Part shown: one piece after another, positions 12,471-25,610 of the stretch | Layout of the letters: each line of letters starts with the position of its first letter | Numbering within the stretch: position 1 is the first letter of the stretch | From: Eledone cirrhosa | Taxonomy: Eukaryota | Reading direction: 5' to 3' | DNA length: 64,000 bases | Assembly (NCBI GenBank): GCA_964016885.1 | Contig: OZ024741.1 | Span: forward strand, 374,356,001 to 374,420,000 | The notes under the pieces: model-generated | Seen by the model: the letters and a program-made list of their open reading frames with translations, nothing else | The model's database searches: none | Told to the model about the DNA's origin: nothing | Translations under genes and position numbers: made by a program

Positions 12471-13696
12471 TAAAATGAGAAAGATAGAGTGAAAGGAGAA
12501 AAGAATGGAAAAAAAATGTGTGGTGGGGAAAGCAGGTGTGTGTTCAATCAGTCATTTTGGCAAATGCTAGTTAGTGATATTAGAGAGGTTTTGGAAAGGA
12601 AATAATCCTTGTATAGTTTGAGTGGACGTATGTGTAACATTTTCATGATTATATTTCTAATGAAATACACTGCCTGTGTATTTTTGAGCATTTTGAAAAT
12701 AAAATAAAATTTTGATGAGGATTTAGTAAAACAATAGACTTAGTCATTATACAGCACAAGATGGAAACTGCAATATATTTTTTGAACAGGCCTCTCTACT
12801 TAAGGCCTGAACATGTCCTGGTTGAAGGATGTTGGTGTATGACTGCCATTGTCATGTCTAGCCATATTGCAGTGTTTTAGTGGTCTTATTTACACCAGTC
12901 ACCAAACTGGTACTTTTCTCAGACCCATGAATATTTATTAAGTCTTTTGTTATTATATTTCTAATGAAAGACACTGCATATAATTGTGGACTCATTTTGA
13001 AAATAATCAAGAAGTTGGAGGGATTTAGTAATATAACTAACTTTCTCATTACTAAGCTGGTGTTTGAAACATAACAAAGGTTCTTACATAAAGGGGTTAA
13101 AGTGTTTATCATCATCATGTTCATCGTTTAAGGTCCACTTTCCACGCTAGCATGGGTTAGATGGGTTGTCCCATTTGAGGCAAGTTGGGTCAGGTAACCG
13201 TATCTTGCTCATCTGGAATTGTTTCTGGCTAGATTTCTACAGCTGGAAGCCCTTCATAACACCAATCACATTTACAGTGAGTGCTGGGTGCTTTTTGTCG
13301 TGATTCCTACACAACCACTTTACAATGTGGGCTGGATACGTTTTGTCGTGACACCTACATGACCACCTTACAGTGTGGGCTGGTGCTTTCTGTTGTGACT
13401 CCTACACGACCACTTTACAGTGTGGGCTGGGTACTTTTCATCGTGACACCTACATGACCACCTTACAGTGTGGGCTGGGTGCTTTTTGTCGTTACTCCTA
13501 CATATTTATATTTATCTAAAAACCTTTAAGTTATACTTCAAATACCAACTTTACTTTTTAATGTAATGCAGTCATGTAGTACCGGACATAAAGTGCTAAT
13601 GACTATAAAATTTGAATTGAGAATTTATTTTCACAACACAGTTTTTAAATTAGACTCTATGAATATCAAAAATAATTTGGTGGATTAGATACTGAC

Positions 13697-13824
13697 CTGA
13701 ATACGAGCACGTATTACATCAAGTGGATTGGTTATAGTGGAAGCAGATGCACCACTTAAACAAGCAGCAAAACATTGCAATGTCAAGCGTGGAATCCAGT
13801 CAGGGGATGCTGCAGCTAACATAG
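13697..13824 (-). CDS. SLC25A44: SLC25A44-like, coding exon 3 (not in ORF track)
   Basis: tttccttcattttcAG acceptor; reads (S)MLAAASPDWIPRLTLQCFAACLSGASASTITNPLDVIRARIQ with the third carrier signature PLDVIRAR; donor CAG|GTCAGT. Confidence 0.93.
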
Positions 13825-13949
13825 CTGAAAATGAAGGAAAAAAGTTCTTAGAATTGATGTGTTATAGATGAATACACTTAATCCAGATTAAAGTATGAAG
13901 GATATTACTATTGATGAAAAAAGTGTATGCTGTGAGAGAACTTGAAACT

Positions 13950-14430
13950 TCTTTGCTCATTTATTCCTGGGAGGGTCGTGAGACCTAAAACACTCCTTCT
14001 AGCAGGTCCTGTCAGAAGCAACTGTTTCCAATTCATCTGATTGGATCCCCAAGTGAGACCAGCCAAGCTCATGGAATCTACTGCCGGTTGGTTTTGCCCA
14101 TAAAATCTGCCTAGCAATTCTTTCCTGAGACATTCTACCACATGCCCATAATATAGGGGCTGTGATCTCTCAATTCGGGGAAGTAGCAGCTCTATCTGGA
14201 GAGACTCTCTAATCTCCAAGCTACACACTCTATAGAGTAACGTTACTCCAGAGACCATTTGGAGGAATCCCATTTTGACCTCTTGTATTTGTGATTGTAT
14301 TCTATCCGTCAATACCCAAGATTCATGACTGTGGGTAAGGGTTGACACAAATACCGAATTGAAGACAGAGAGTTTGGCTTTTACACCTACCTCCCTTCTT
14401 CTGATTACTGAATGCTGAAGCTGGCACATT
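13950..14430 (-). mobile_element. 3' fragment of a second RTE-type LINE family (another piece at 46670-46910)
   Basis: KAKLSVFNSVFVSTLTHSHESWVLT...IRESLQIELLLPRIERSQ..YYGHV is a typical RTE C-terminus; DNA similarity to 46670-46910. Confidence 0.75.
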
Positions 14431-14445
14431 ACAAAATGTTAAATT

Positions 14446-15391
14446 TAACCCTTTTTCTGCTCATGGTTTTCGAATAATTTCGAAAACAATCAGGAATTTG
14501 GAGGGATTTAGTATTATAACTGACTTTCTCATTATTTAACTGGTGCCTGGAGCATAATTTAACAAGAGTTCTTACATAAAATTAGGTTTTTAGATAAATA
14601 GAAACACTTCAAAATAAAGTTTTTTTAAATCATAGAACAAGGGGCAGTTTCAGGTGGTTTATTTTCAAAAGGGTTAAAATATTCTTCTATGATAGTACAA
14701 ACAATACATCTTAACAAAATATATCTACAATACCACACTCTCACTAACTTATTTAGAAGGATTTGGTAATATAACTGACTTTCTCATTGTTAAGCTGTTG
14801 TTTGGAATGTAACTTAACAAAGGTTCTTACACAAAATTATGATGGAATTTAAAACAAATATATACACACATATATATCCACTTTATCATAGAACCAAAGG
14901 TGGTTTGGTATCAAATGGGTTAACAATGATTAACAGGGTAATTTTGAACAGGAGTGAAAGGTCTTAAAGTTGATAAAGTATGAGATTGAGAGGGCATTAG
15001 TTGATGTGAGTAGTGAAGAAGTTGTTGTTTAGTACTGGCTCAGATTGAGAGGACCTATAATCAAAGTGTTGCAGCTCTGAACATCCCATCTTTGTGTTCA
15101 GGTATAGTGTATTCAGAACTACATTATCCAATGTGTCCTTCCTTTTTTAACCTTGTCATTACAATATTTCTAATGAAAGACACTGCTTATAATTTTCAAA
15201 TAATTTTGAGTGATTTAGTAATATAACTAGCTTTCTTATTATTGAACTAGTATTTGGAACATAAGTTAACAAAGGTTCTTGTATAAAATTATGATAGAAG
15301 GTTTTTAGATAAATATAAACATTTTAAAACAACTAGTTTTGTAACATAGAACCAGGGATGGTTTCAAGTGGTTTGGTATCAAAAGGGTTAA
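14446..15391. mobile_element. Cluster of older TTAA-flanked MITE family B (also near 12940, 21800, 24320, 38656-39242, 53330, 55610, 56930, 62600)
   Basis: Recurrent ends TTAACCCTTTT(C)GATACCAAA / GTAATGAAAGGGTTAA and internal ...aagaacctttgttaagttatgttccaaacaccagc... Confidence 0.7.
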
Positions 15392-15580
15392 GACAGTAGA
15401 GTATGAATTGAGGCAAATTTGACTACTATTTCTATCAGACTGAGTAATTCCATAGAGATTCCATTTTCATTTACTCATGTAGATGGATAATCATAATATA
15501 ATAAAGGGAGGAGTGCGGGACTGTGTCCTGAATATATTTTTTTATCTCGTTAGTAAAATAAGTTGGATTACTTTGAATAA

Positions 15581-15766
15581 ATAATTGTTTCTACTTTTGG
15601 CACAAGGCCAGCAATTACCCAGTACATTACTGGTACTTTATTTTATCGACCCCCGTAAGGATGAAAGGCAAAGTTAACCTCGGCGGGATTTGAACTCAGA
15701 CCGTAAAGGGACGTAACTATGCTGGAAAGCATGGCGTCCGACTCTCTACCGATACTGCCAATCCAC
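15581..15766 (-). mobile_element. Second tRNA-SINE family with Nin-like core (copies 3755-4660, 5200-5335, 25681-26007, 26625-26745, 30105-30237, 33256-33445, 43078-43235, 45700-45850, 58775-58980)
   Basis: Element strand: TGGCAGTATCGG ... GAGTTCAAATCCCGCCGAGGTTAACTTTGCCTTTCATCCTTACGGGGTCGATAAAATAAAGTACC ... (ATT)n tail. Confidence 0.85.
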
Positions 15767-15835
15767 AATAAATAATGAATGAATATTACATAATTTATCT
15801 ACTAAATTTCGTAGCTGTTGATTAAACATAAATAT

Positions 15836-16119
15836 TCTTATATATATTGATTGCTTATTTTAAGATTCACTTCTTTTAAAATTTTCAAATGTCAATACAC
15901 CGTAATGCAGTTTATATATAATATCATCTTTTTTAAATGTATCATGGATTACTTTACTGATTACAGAAGACAGTGTAACATCTTCAATTTATGTGCATAT
16001 TGTCAATTACAATTTTATTTGACGTATCATATCTAGATATATGTATATTTGCATATAACATCAATATGCACACTACACATGCTAGCAGAAAACCTCCCGA
16101 AGGGTAGTTTTTCTGCTAG
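15836..16119 (+). mobile_element. Probable short non-autonomous Helitron
   Basis: TCTTATATATAT-like start; 3' hairpin CTAGCAGAAAA-CCTCCCGAAGGGTAG-TTTTTCTGCTAG ending CTAG|T. The 5' boundary is uncertain. Confidence 0.5.
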
Positions 16120-16289
16120 TATTACTAACGGAAGAACTCTTAGAGTATGACGACTTATTTCCACATGATGAAAACTTTCATAGGAATAAAATAGAAAAAA
16201 AGAATCGCAAAATTCTATGAAATATTATTTTAAGAAGAGTGTGAAATACATAATTCATGTCGATAGTTTAAGAAATAACTTGTAATTCA

Positions 16290-16550
16290 ATCAACAGGTC
16301 ACAGAGCCTGTACGGATTCCCTTAACTTTCTGTCGCCATCCAATTCTATTGTTCATCATATTCAGCAGATCAGGAGGGTCCCCCTGATTATGTTGTCACA
16401 AATCTGCTTGATATAGGTCTTGGCTTTCTGTCCTCTGTAGTTCTCCCTTGTGTAGGCTCCCACAAAAGAACTTCACTAACAATTTCGTCTTAGGTCTCTA
16501 GCAATGTCCTGTGAATCTGACTACGCTCTTTGATGATGTCTGATACCGTT
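16290..16550 (-). mobile_element. LINE 3' end remnant, RTE-X-like (related remnant 48440-48810)
   Basis: Reverse translation with frameshifts: SDIIKER..FTGHC...EIVSEVLLWEPTQG...KTYIKQ...W. Confidence 0.55.
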
Positions 16551-16729
16551 GTAATTAGTAGAAGGTATAAGATATTACCAGTGGAACAATATAACATACA
16601 TACAAGAGAAGGACTACCTTAAATTGACCTGATGAAGTCAGACACATACTAGTCCCTTGCATAATCAATCAGGTAGTACATGGAGGTATTATCCTTAATG
16701 CTTGGCATAAACGCATCATTATCACCTGC

Positions 16730-17110
16730 TCAGGTGTAAAGGAGATGCTTTAGAAAGGAACTGTTATAAGGGTGTGAAACTGATGAACAAAATCACCAAA
16801 ATATCAGTGAAAGTTATAGCACAGCTAATCAGAGATTGAATTAACTTAGATAGGATACAGGTGAGATAAGGAGAACCACCAATGCTGTTTTGTTTTAGTG
16901 ATACAACTAAAGTCAGTTATTAGCTAAAAGCAAACTTCTAAACTAAGCATTTATTGACCTGGAGTAGGCCTTTGTTAAGGAACCACATTATGTAATCTTG
17001 TGGTCATTAAGAGAATTAGGGTAGATGAATGGATTGTTAAAGCCATGTAGGCTATACATGTATGAGAGCTATATCAGCAAAGTGAGAGTTAGCAACAAGT
17101 TCGATGAGGA
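16730..17110 (+). mobile_element. Degraded RTE RT fragment (other small RTE remnants at 19581-19900, 32313-32560, 34360-34510, 37215-37370, 54825-55070)
   Basis: DNA aligns by eye to KGDALER.NYRGIKL...AFVDLEKAF...LRKLGVDEW. Confidence 0.7.
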
Positions 17111-18135
17111 CATTAACAGGAATGAGAAAGGACTTGATATGTCATAAATGTACAGAAGTAGTAAAAAATCACTCAAGATATGAAATATTTCAACTAAACA
17201 AAAGGGTTGTTAAAAGTAAACATCATCATCATCATTGTCATTTTAATGCCGGCTTTCCCTGCTAGCAAGGGTTGGATGGGTCTACACAGACCAAGTCAGT
17301 ACTGAAGCGGAGCCACTGATGTCCAAGACAGGCTGAGGAGGTCTGTATCCTGCTTACGTACCGTCATTATCGAGTGCACAGAAGTTGCCATGTCTGAAGG
17401 GTTTTCCTAACCCCTTGTTTGGCAAGCTTTCTATGGCTGGATACCCTTCCTAACACCAACCACTTCACTGCATCTACTGGGTGCTTTTATTGCGTAGATC
17501 ACCAGTACTACAGAGGCTGTCACGTCCTTGACACAACTAAAGTCTGCAAACCTGTCCAACCCTTGCTAGCAGAGGAAGCAGACGTTAAATGATGATAATG
17601 ATATATATACAACAATATACTGACACATTAAATTTTAAGAATTTGGTCAGAAGATCTGAAAATGAATTAAGATAGATTTAAATAAAATATTATTATAATA
17701 TTTCAATGAGAACATAACTAGCTCTCTAGTGGTGGTACCAGGATAAAATGTACTTGGTACACTCTGTAAAGTGGTTGACTATTGAACAAAGGCAGAGAGA
17801 ACTTTTCACTCTTGTTGAAGGCATGACATCCTCTCTAGTGCAGGTGCCACAATAAAATGCAACCAGTACACTCTGTAAGGTGGTTGGTGTTAGGAAGGTT
17901 ATTCAGCTATAGAAACCATGTCAACATTGGAATGTACAAGTGAGACCTGATCTTCCGACCAATCTATGAGGACAGTAGGGGAGTAACTTCGAACTGGAAC
18001 TGACCAAGACAAGAACAACCTGTTTAACTCACATCAAAAAGATAGTGTAAGTAAAATAATAATGACGATGATGATGGTGGTGATGAAGAGATGATGACGG
18101 TATTTTTTCAATGGAGAAAGATTGTTGTAACTTAC

Positions 18136-18579
18136 ATGTGTATGTATCATAAAATGTCCACCAAAGAGCACTGTTTGGTGCAAAGACCAAAATTGACACA
18201 AAGTAACCTCTGTAGAAACCTCTTAATCCATCTCGGATGTATATTTGTCGTATAATTTCTGATACACTGCCAAGCTTAGAAATCCCTGCTACTTCAGATA
18301 TATGTAAAGTCTGTAATTTCACCAATTTGTTATCAACTACCGTCTTTTTATAAGTTCTCTGTCCCAGTAGCATTATGTGTTGTGACACAATATCAATAGG
18401 TACGGACATAGTCTGTCCTACCAATGAAGCAGCACCCCCAGAAAGAAAGGAACGTAACTTGCTTTCTCTTAAATCACTATTTTCCTTCAAGAATTGCCGT
18501 GTAGTTTCATATGTTGAAATGTATCCAACCGTGGGCCAAACTTGTAATGCGTTGATCCAGAATCCACGATAAAGGCCAG
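18136..18579 (-). CDS. SLC25A44: SLC25A44-like, coding exon 2
   Basis: ttcattaaatAG|CT acceptor; reads (T)GLYRGFWINALQ...GGAASLVGQTMSVPIDIVSQH...RDGLRGFYRGY...APNSALWWTFY; donor T|GTAAGT at 18135; phase matches both neighbours. Confidence 0.95.
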
Positions 18580-18689
18580 CTATTTAATGAAAGCATATAT
18601 GAGAATAAGTAATTAATTCATATACAACTTTATTTAAAATATATTTATATCATGACAAAAAGAAAAAAAGGAAAAACTCTATATACTTG

Positions 18690-19030
18690 GCTGGGCTGTA
18701 TATTTCAGCTGCACACCGTAGACAAAATGGCAAAAGCATTGCTGCAGAGAACAGCCAGCAATACCCACTGCTTCAGCCATTCCTCTTCATAAGGCTCCTT
18801 CTTCAGGCACGATGCTTCCATCCCAATTTGGCAGAGGAAAACAGTAGTCAAAAGAAATGGACACTGGGTTGTCTCAATGGCAACCAGCACAAAAAAGAAT
18901 TGGTCAGTCAATGCCAGGTATTTGATCATTTTCAGCCCCTTTGTTTTGTGGGCTGTGGTGCTCCTGTGTGTAGCCAAAGCAATGAAGTTTACACTGGAGA
19001 AAGTGCCACAACATGTGGCATCCCAGATGA
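18690..19030 (-). mobile_element. Restriction-like-endonuclease LINE remnant (CRE-like C-terminus)
   Basis: WDATCCGTF...KMIKYLALTDQFFFVLVAIET...EEEWLKQWVLLAVLCSNAFAIL. Confidence 0.6.
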
Positions 19031-19039
19031 ATCTATATA

Positions 19040-21570
19040 AGAATATATGAGATTAACAATGACCCTCATAGATGGAAAGAAAAAGAGATCCATGGTCAAT
19101 TTACAAGAGATGTTGGCAGAAAAACTGATGTGAATTGGAGGTGGAAGTGGCTGACAAAGAGTGAGTGGCTTGAAATCAGAACCTGAAGATCTGATTTGTG
19201 CTGCACAGGAGCAATCACCCAGGACAAGCTATGTGAAGTGTAAAATAGATCATGCAAATGAAAGCATTAAGTGCAGGATGTGTGGTGAAAAAAGGAGAAA
19301 TAGTGTGACATATTGTTAATGAATGTACGAAGCTGATGCAGAAAGAATAGAAAATGTGACATCACAATGTCACAAGAATTCTATATTGGGAACTATAACA
19401 AGTACAAATTAGAGAGAGCAGAAGCATAGTTTGAGTAAATCCTGGAAGGTGTGATTTAAAATGACAAATATAAAATCTTATGGGATGTCATAAGACTATG
19501 CAACCATGAAGTTCTACACAGGTAACCGGACATTGTGATAATAAACAAAGAAGAAAGAACCTGTATAATTATGAATATTTGAAGCTTTCATGCTTCGATG
19601 GATGTGTAATAGTAATATATATGAACAAAGCATAAATGAACTGAGAGAGAAACTGGGCATAAGAGGGATCAGATGCAGTATGCAGAGAAGAGAATGCGTT
19701 GATATGGATATATGATGCGTATGAAAGATGACAGCTGTATAAAAAGGTGCAGAGCACTCAAAGTTGATGGAAGCCATGGAGTAGGAAGAACTAGAAAGAC
19801 TTGGGATGAAATGATAAAAGCTGATCTTGCACAATTGCACCATTCAAAGGCGATGACACAGGACCATGATCTCTGGCATTGAAGATTTGACTTCCAATGG
19901 GCACAGATTGAGGCATACATCTAGTATGTGTCACCTTCCCCTCTAACACCCCTTCCATACACCTCCCCTGTCATAACACCCCACCATCACCCATGCCTCC
20001 TAGATCAACCCACTAATTTCCATGCACCACCTCCACCCAAGTCGCCAGTCCACACTGTAAAGTGGTCGAGTAGGTGTCACAACAAAAAACACCCAGTACA
20101 CACTGCAAATGTGGTCGGCATTAGGAAGGGCATCCAGCTGTAGAAACCAAGCTAAAATCAGTTCTGTATGAGCAAGACATGGTCATTCGACCTGGCTTGT
20201 TTCACGAGACAGCTCGTCTAACCGATGCTAACTTAGAAAATGGACGTTAAATGGTGATGATGATGATTGCATGTCCTTGAGACAACAGAGTAGCTGAGAG
20301 TGAAGAAAAAAAGCTAGAAGACTACAACAACTTAAAATTGGAATTATACAAATTGTGTCCAATGAAGAAAGTGGAAGTTATTCCTATTGTTGTAGGTCCT
20401 CTAGGAAGATAAGTACTGAACTTCCTAAGTGGATAGAAAAGAGTGGAGTCGATTTGAAGATTGGATACCTACAAAAACACAGCACTTTTTAGGACTGTTC
20501 AGATACACTGCAGAGTCCTTGAATCATGAATGAAATGTACCACCTCAGTCCACTAATTCTGGCAAGTTTACTGTATTACAGATGATGATGATGATGATTT
20601 CATTATTAGCCACACAGGGCTCACATTATGAAAACAATAAAGATGGCACAGGACAATACAGTGGGGCATCTTCCAAGGAGACAGTTTATCACCAATTTTG
20701 TTTGTTTTTTCAATGATACCACTGCCAGTTGTTCTTAAAAGCATGCCAATCTGATACAGTCTAGGTAAAGATAGGAGCAAACTCAACCATTTATTGTTTA
20801 TGGATGATTTAACCCACTAGCATTTAAACCAGCCGTATCCGGCCAGAATTCCTTTCTGTTCAAACTGGCTGCTCATACTGATGTTAAGGTATTGTTCCAA
20901 AAATAAATAATATCAAAATCTCATAGATTTGATATTATGTGAGATAATTACGTGAAATAAAGCCTTTACCATGAAAATACAATAGTATATATAGAGTAAT
21001 GTAAATGCTAAAGGGTTAAAACTATACAGTTGTAATGTAGAAGAGCTGGACACCTTAGTAGAGTAATTTCCGAATTGGGATGTAGTTTGACATTTCGAAA
21101 TATGCAATGATAGAGATGAAGCGTGGAAAGATGGTAAAAAGTGATGAAATCAAACTTACAGCCAGTGACAGGATCAAGTTACTGGAAACAGACAAAGAAT
21201 ATAAGTATCTAAGTGTGCTACAAAGCCATAAAGTAAAAAGCAAAGAAATGAAAGAAATTGTCAGAGTTGTTTGAATAATTATGTATGGTGTAGGTATAGT
21301 AGAGTAGATGAAAGTAGAGTTGAAGGAAATTGATCGGAAAACTAGGAAAATGCTCACTATTTACTGAAGTATGCACCCACAAGGTGATGCAGACAGGCTG
21401 TATTGGAAAAGAAAGGAGGCAGGTAGGGGATTGCTAAGTGTAAAGGATGCTGTTAAAATAGAAGAAAGCAGTTTGGGGCTTCTTCATCAAAAAAATAAAG
21501 AAGAAAAAGCTTCTACTGGAGGTTGTCAGAGAAGGCTTATTTGAGAAAAATAGAGACCCCAAAACACAGA
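19040..21570 (+). mobile_element. R4/Dong-like RLE LINE remnants with nested RTE, SINE and MITE insertions
   Basis: LICAAQEQ...KCRMCGEK...H...C zinc knuckle and PDIV (19160-19580); VIPIVVG (20375); separate RT piece IFQGDSLSPILF...NHLLFMDD|LKLY...YKYL (20650-21570). Confidence 0.75.
20809..21019. mobile_element. piggyBac MITE family A
   Basis: TTAA TSDs and the same TIRs; removing it restores the RT motif FMDDLKLY. Confidence 0.9.
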
Positions 21571-21976
21571 TTGAGATTGGAATTAAGACTGCAGTGGAAT
21601 TTAAATTCTAAACAGAGGGCAGAAGTTAAATACTGAAATCATTGTCATTGGTTTTATGTTTACTTTTTCTTACTGACATATTTTGAAACATTTTTTTCAT
21701 GCTGGATGCTCTTCCTGATGCCAACCTTTTTAGTCATCGACATCATGCAGGGTTTCAAATGATTTTCAAAATTATAAAAAATAAAAAAATTGTAAGATTT
21801 TAATAACTAATTTTCTTCTTATTAAACTGGTGTTTCGAGGATAAATTAACAAAGTTTCTTACATGAAATTGGGATACATATGAACTGGAATACATACATC
21901 TCATGTTCTAATGTGTTAAAAGAATATATTACAAATACCCAGCAAGTAAATATCAAAGAAAATTTAATTTACTTAC

Positions 21977-22196
21977 TTATACTTTCATTTTTAGTAATTT
22001 TGATGAAGGCATCAACTGTTCCTTTGTACAAAGCTGTTCCACGCTGAATTTGCAACCGGGTTTTTATTAAGGAGAACGGATACAAAATTCCTCGAACAGA
22101 GAAGCTACTCAGCATTGTTAAAGGATAATATTTACGCTTATCCAGCATTTCAAATTCAATCACTTGTAAATTAATATTATTAACTTTGGTAGCCAT
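21977..22196 (-). CDS. SLC25A44: SLC25A44-like mitochondrial carrier, coding exon 1
   Basis: MATKVNNINLQVIEFEMLDKRKYY...YPFSLIKTRLQIQ...YKGTVDAFIKI carries the carrier signature PxxxxKxRxQ. It ends at a phase-1 donor A|GTAAGT (21976). A polypyrimidine+CAG acceptor at 22411-22413 suggests the exon starts at 22410. Confidence 0.93.
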
Positions 22197-22689
22197 GTTA
22201 ATAGTTATATATACTTGTACAGCAAAGCAATATCATGTGTTACAAATCTCCCAAATCATCCTGACACTTCCAGAATCCACTTCTATCTTTCTTTCAGCTC
22301 ATCTTGTCATCAGTTCATTAAAGTTAATTATAATAAAACTAACTTAATAAGGTCATAATTATATAATTATTTAAAGAACCACCATAATGCTCTTTCCTGT
22401 GGAATAACACCTGAAAAATGGAAAAAAATAAAAGAATCTTATGGTAAATCTAAAATTAGAAATATAAAGAACAAAAGTTTTAGCTGTTATTGAATTTGAA
22501 GAAACTAGAAATACCGGATTTGTTGACATATAAGACTAATTCTTTTTTGTTAAAGTATCACCTGGGTCTTATATGCAAAACTGAACATATATGTTAAGGT
22601 AATATTTACTAAGACAGGACAAAACTAATTTTATAATGTTGTAATACAAATATATGGTGATAGCAGTGCAAGATTTTACCCTCAAGATG

Positions 22690-23520
22690 GTTATAGGAGC
22701 AAAGACACAAACTATACTATTAGATACAAACTGAACATGGTAACAGAACAGCAGAGTGAGGTTTTGGAGTATAGCTTACAACAAAATTAGTATGAACATA
22801 GAAAAAGCAAGAACAACAGCTAGAGTCAGTTAAAAAATTTTAATGTAACCTCGATTGTCCAGTTCTATAGTGACCAGAGGATAATTAATAAAGCCAAGAA
22901 ATTAACCCTTTAGCATTTAAACCTGCCATATCTGGCCAAAATTCTCTCACCTCTTTCTGTTCAAAGCGGCTGTAATGGGCCACTCATACTGATGTTAAGG
23001 TATTGTTCTCAAAATAAATAATATCAGAATATCATAGATTCAATATTATGTGAGATAATTATGTGAAATAAAGTGTTTACCATGAAAATAAAATAGTATA
23101 TATAGAGTAATGTAAATACTAAAGGGTTAAGAGAACAAGGGAATCAGGGTTTAGCAGGAATTGAAGGTTGGAGTTATCAGTTGATGAAAAGGCATGGATT
23201 ATGAAAAGAAAATGTTAGAATTTCATAAATTTGTAATAACTGCATGAAAAGAAACTGGATCAAATAAGAATTATGGATGATGTTCCAATAATATTCAATA
23301 GCCCATCCAACATGACTCTCTGTCAAAGGGTCTAAAACAATCCTAGTAAAATCCAGTGGTCATGGAAAGGCACATTATATAGTTGTTCTGATGGTACTAT
23401 ACTGGGAAAGGTTTAATTTAAAAAAAAATTAACCTAAAGAGAAAATACCACGTGCTCATTCAAAAAGCGAAACAAAGCTGGAATGAACTCATGGCTATAG
23501 AAAATATGGGAAAGATATAT
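22690..23520 (+). mobile_element. Decayed pogo/POGK-like transposase remnant
   Basis: Frameshifted motifs EGW...MKRHGL, MDDVPIIFNSPSN, KGSKTILVKSSGH, PKEKIP. Confidence 0.55.
22902..23130. mobile_element. piggyBac MITE family A
   Basis: TTAA TSDs, TIRs and the same internal sequence. Confidence 0.9.
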
Positions 23521-25236
23521 AGAAGAAGAATCAACCCCAGTAATAGACTGGTATTTTTTTATCAACCTCAAAAAGATGAAAGGCAAAGCTGATCAGTGGA
23601 ATCTAAACTCAGAGAGCTAGAACAAATACCATAAAGCACTCTATCCAACGTTCTAATGTCCCTGCCATCAGCATTAAAAAACTCAAGAAAAATGTCCAGC
23701 TGCTGGACACATTTTATTAACCAATACTTTATGAATATGGAGTTATTATTGGGTTATATTATTCTTTTATAACCATGTCTTCACTCAATTGAAGTTGATG
23801 AGAATATGCCAACTCTAGCAAAACCTGTTCAACACATTTGTCACGCAGCTACTCATTAACCCTTCTTGAGTCTCACCTCCAGAGTAATCTCCCTTTGACC
23901 TCTATTAGCTGGATGCTAAGATTTTTTTCCAGATCTAATGTTGGCCTGGTTGGTGATCGGACATTATGTAGAGTTAAGTTTCCTCCGAAGACACAAAATA
24001 TTTGAAACAAATTTGTACTCAGGACACAATACCTTATCTACTAGGATGCTTTGTTGAAACCCTATCTACTAGGACGCCTCTAAGTAATTACTCAATCTGC
24101 TTGAAATAGAAGCAAAATTTATGAAATCACATCCCTGGAAGGATGAAAGGAAAGCCAGAACAAATACTGCTAATCATTTGTCCGATTCCACTGCCATTCT
24201 TGAATTAAATAATGAAAAATTAATTTGTGAAAATTGTTTGGAAATTTGATGAAAATAAATGAAAGAAAATATGAATACCAGTTAATATAATAGGAGAAAC
24301 CATTTCATTATTTTGTCTCTATAACTAATTTTCTCATTATCTGGTGTTAGGAGCATATCGTAACAGGGGTTCTTATATAAGATTATGATGAAAGGATTTT
24401 AAATAAATATAAACATTTTAAAACAAACAAGTTTGTATCATAGAACCCAAAACAGGGGCTGTTTCATGTTGTTTGGTATCAAAAGAGGTACTCAAGATAT
24501 AGTTATGTTTGCAGGACTTCGTTGTTAGTATGATCTGATATCCTACTCCTATCCCTCAGATCAATATATAGTAAAACAAAGTCTGTTAAAATTATACTCA
24601 TAACAGTTTGAGGAAACCATCTAAATAGAAACCGTTTTCTTTTATAAATTAGTCAAGGAAGGGCAGTGTCCATGGCCCTTTAAAAGTCCTCTCAGACTGG
24701 TGACATCAATAAAGTTGATGCTGAGTTTGGACTTCTGCCAATGTGTCTCAGACTGCCGTCATAACATATTGTACTGTCTTAAAAAAAAGGAGGGCACATT
24801 GGATAATATAATCATAGATAAACTATAATAATAATAATGAAATATTGTGTACAGTGCTCAGGTGCACTACAACTCATCAAAAAGTGTATGTATAGTACAT
24901 AGGGTAATGTACAAACGTCAGGAAAATGAACAGTGCATGAGTCATGATATACACATGTGTGCATGTGTATGGAAGGGATACATCAGGTGTAGTTTTGGCG
25001 AATTTCGGGAAGCATGAGGGTTTTAAAGGATGCAGTGTCTTGGCAGCTATGTCTGAACAACAAAAACATTATAATATAATCATACAGCTGTAATGTCTTT
25101 GGTCAGAGATTTGATTGATCATGGCTGACCTGGGGTTAAACAACATGTAGCTAGAGTGGGAGCAGTTCTATAGCAGAATGGTTTGGTGTAATGTTGGATT
25201 TAGAAGAGTAATACGTAGCTAAAGGCACAGGTGGTA

Positions 25237-25610
25237 AGTAGCTTGCTAGAGCAGCGGAAATTGCAGAAGTGGAATGTAGCTTGCTAGTACAGTGGAAGTT
25301 GCAGATGTGGTATGTAGCTTGTTAATGCAGTGGAAGTTGCAGATGTATGTAGCTTGCTAGTGCAGTGGAAATTGCAGACATGGTAAGAAGCTTGCAGTAG
25401 AAGTTACAGAAGTGGTGTGTAGCTTGCAGTTTAAGTTCCAGAGGTGGTGTGTACTGAGCAGTGGAAGTTGCAGATGTAGTATGCAGCTTGCTAGTGTAGT
25501 GACAGTTACAGAGTAGGTATGTAGTTTGCTAGTGCAGTGGAAATTAGAGGTGGTATGTAGCTTGCTAGTGTAGTGGAAGTTACAGAAGTGGTATGTAGAT
25601 TGCTCTTTCA
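25237..25610. repeat. ~38-bp minisatellite
   Basis: Unit ~GTAGCTTGCTAGTGCAGTGGAAGTTGCAGAAGTGGTAT, about 10 degenerate copies. Confidence 0.85.
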
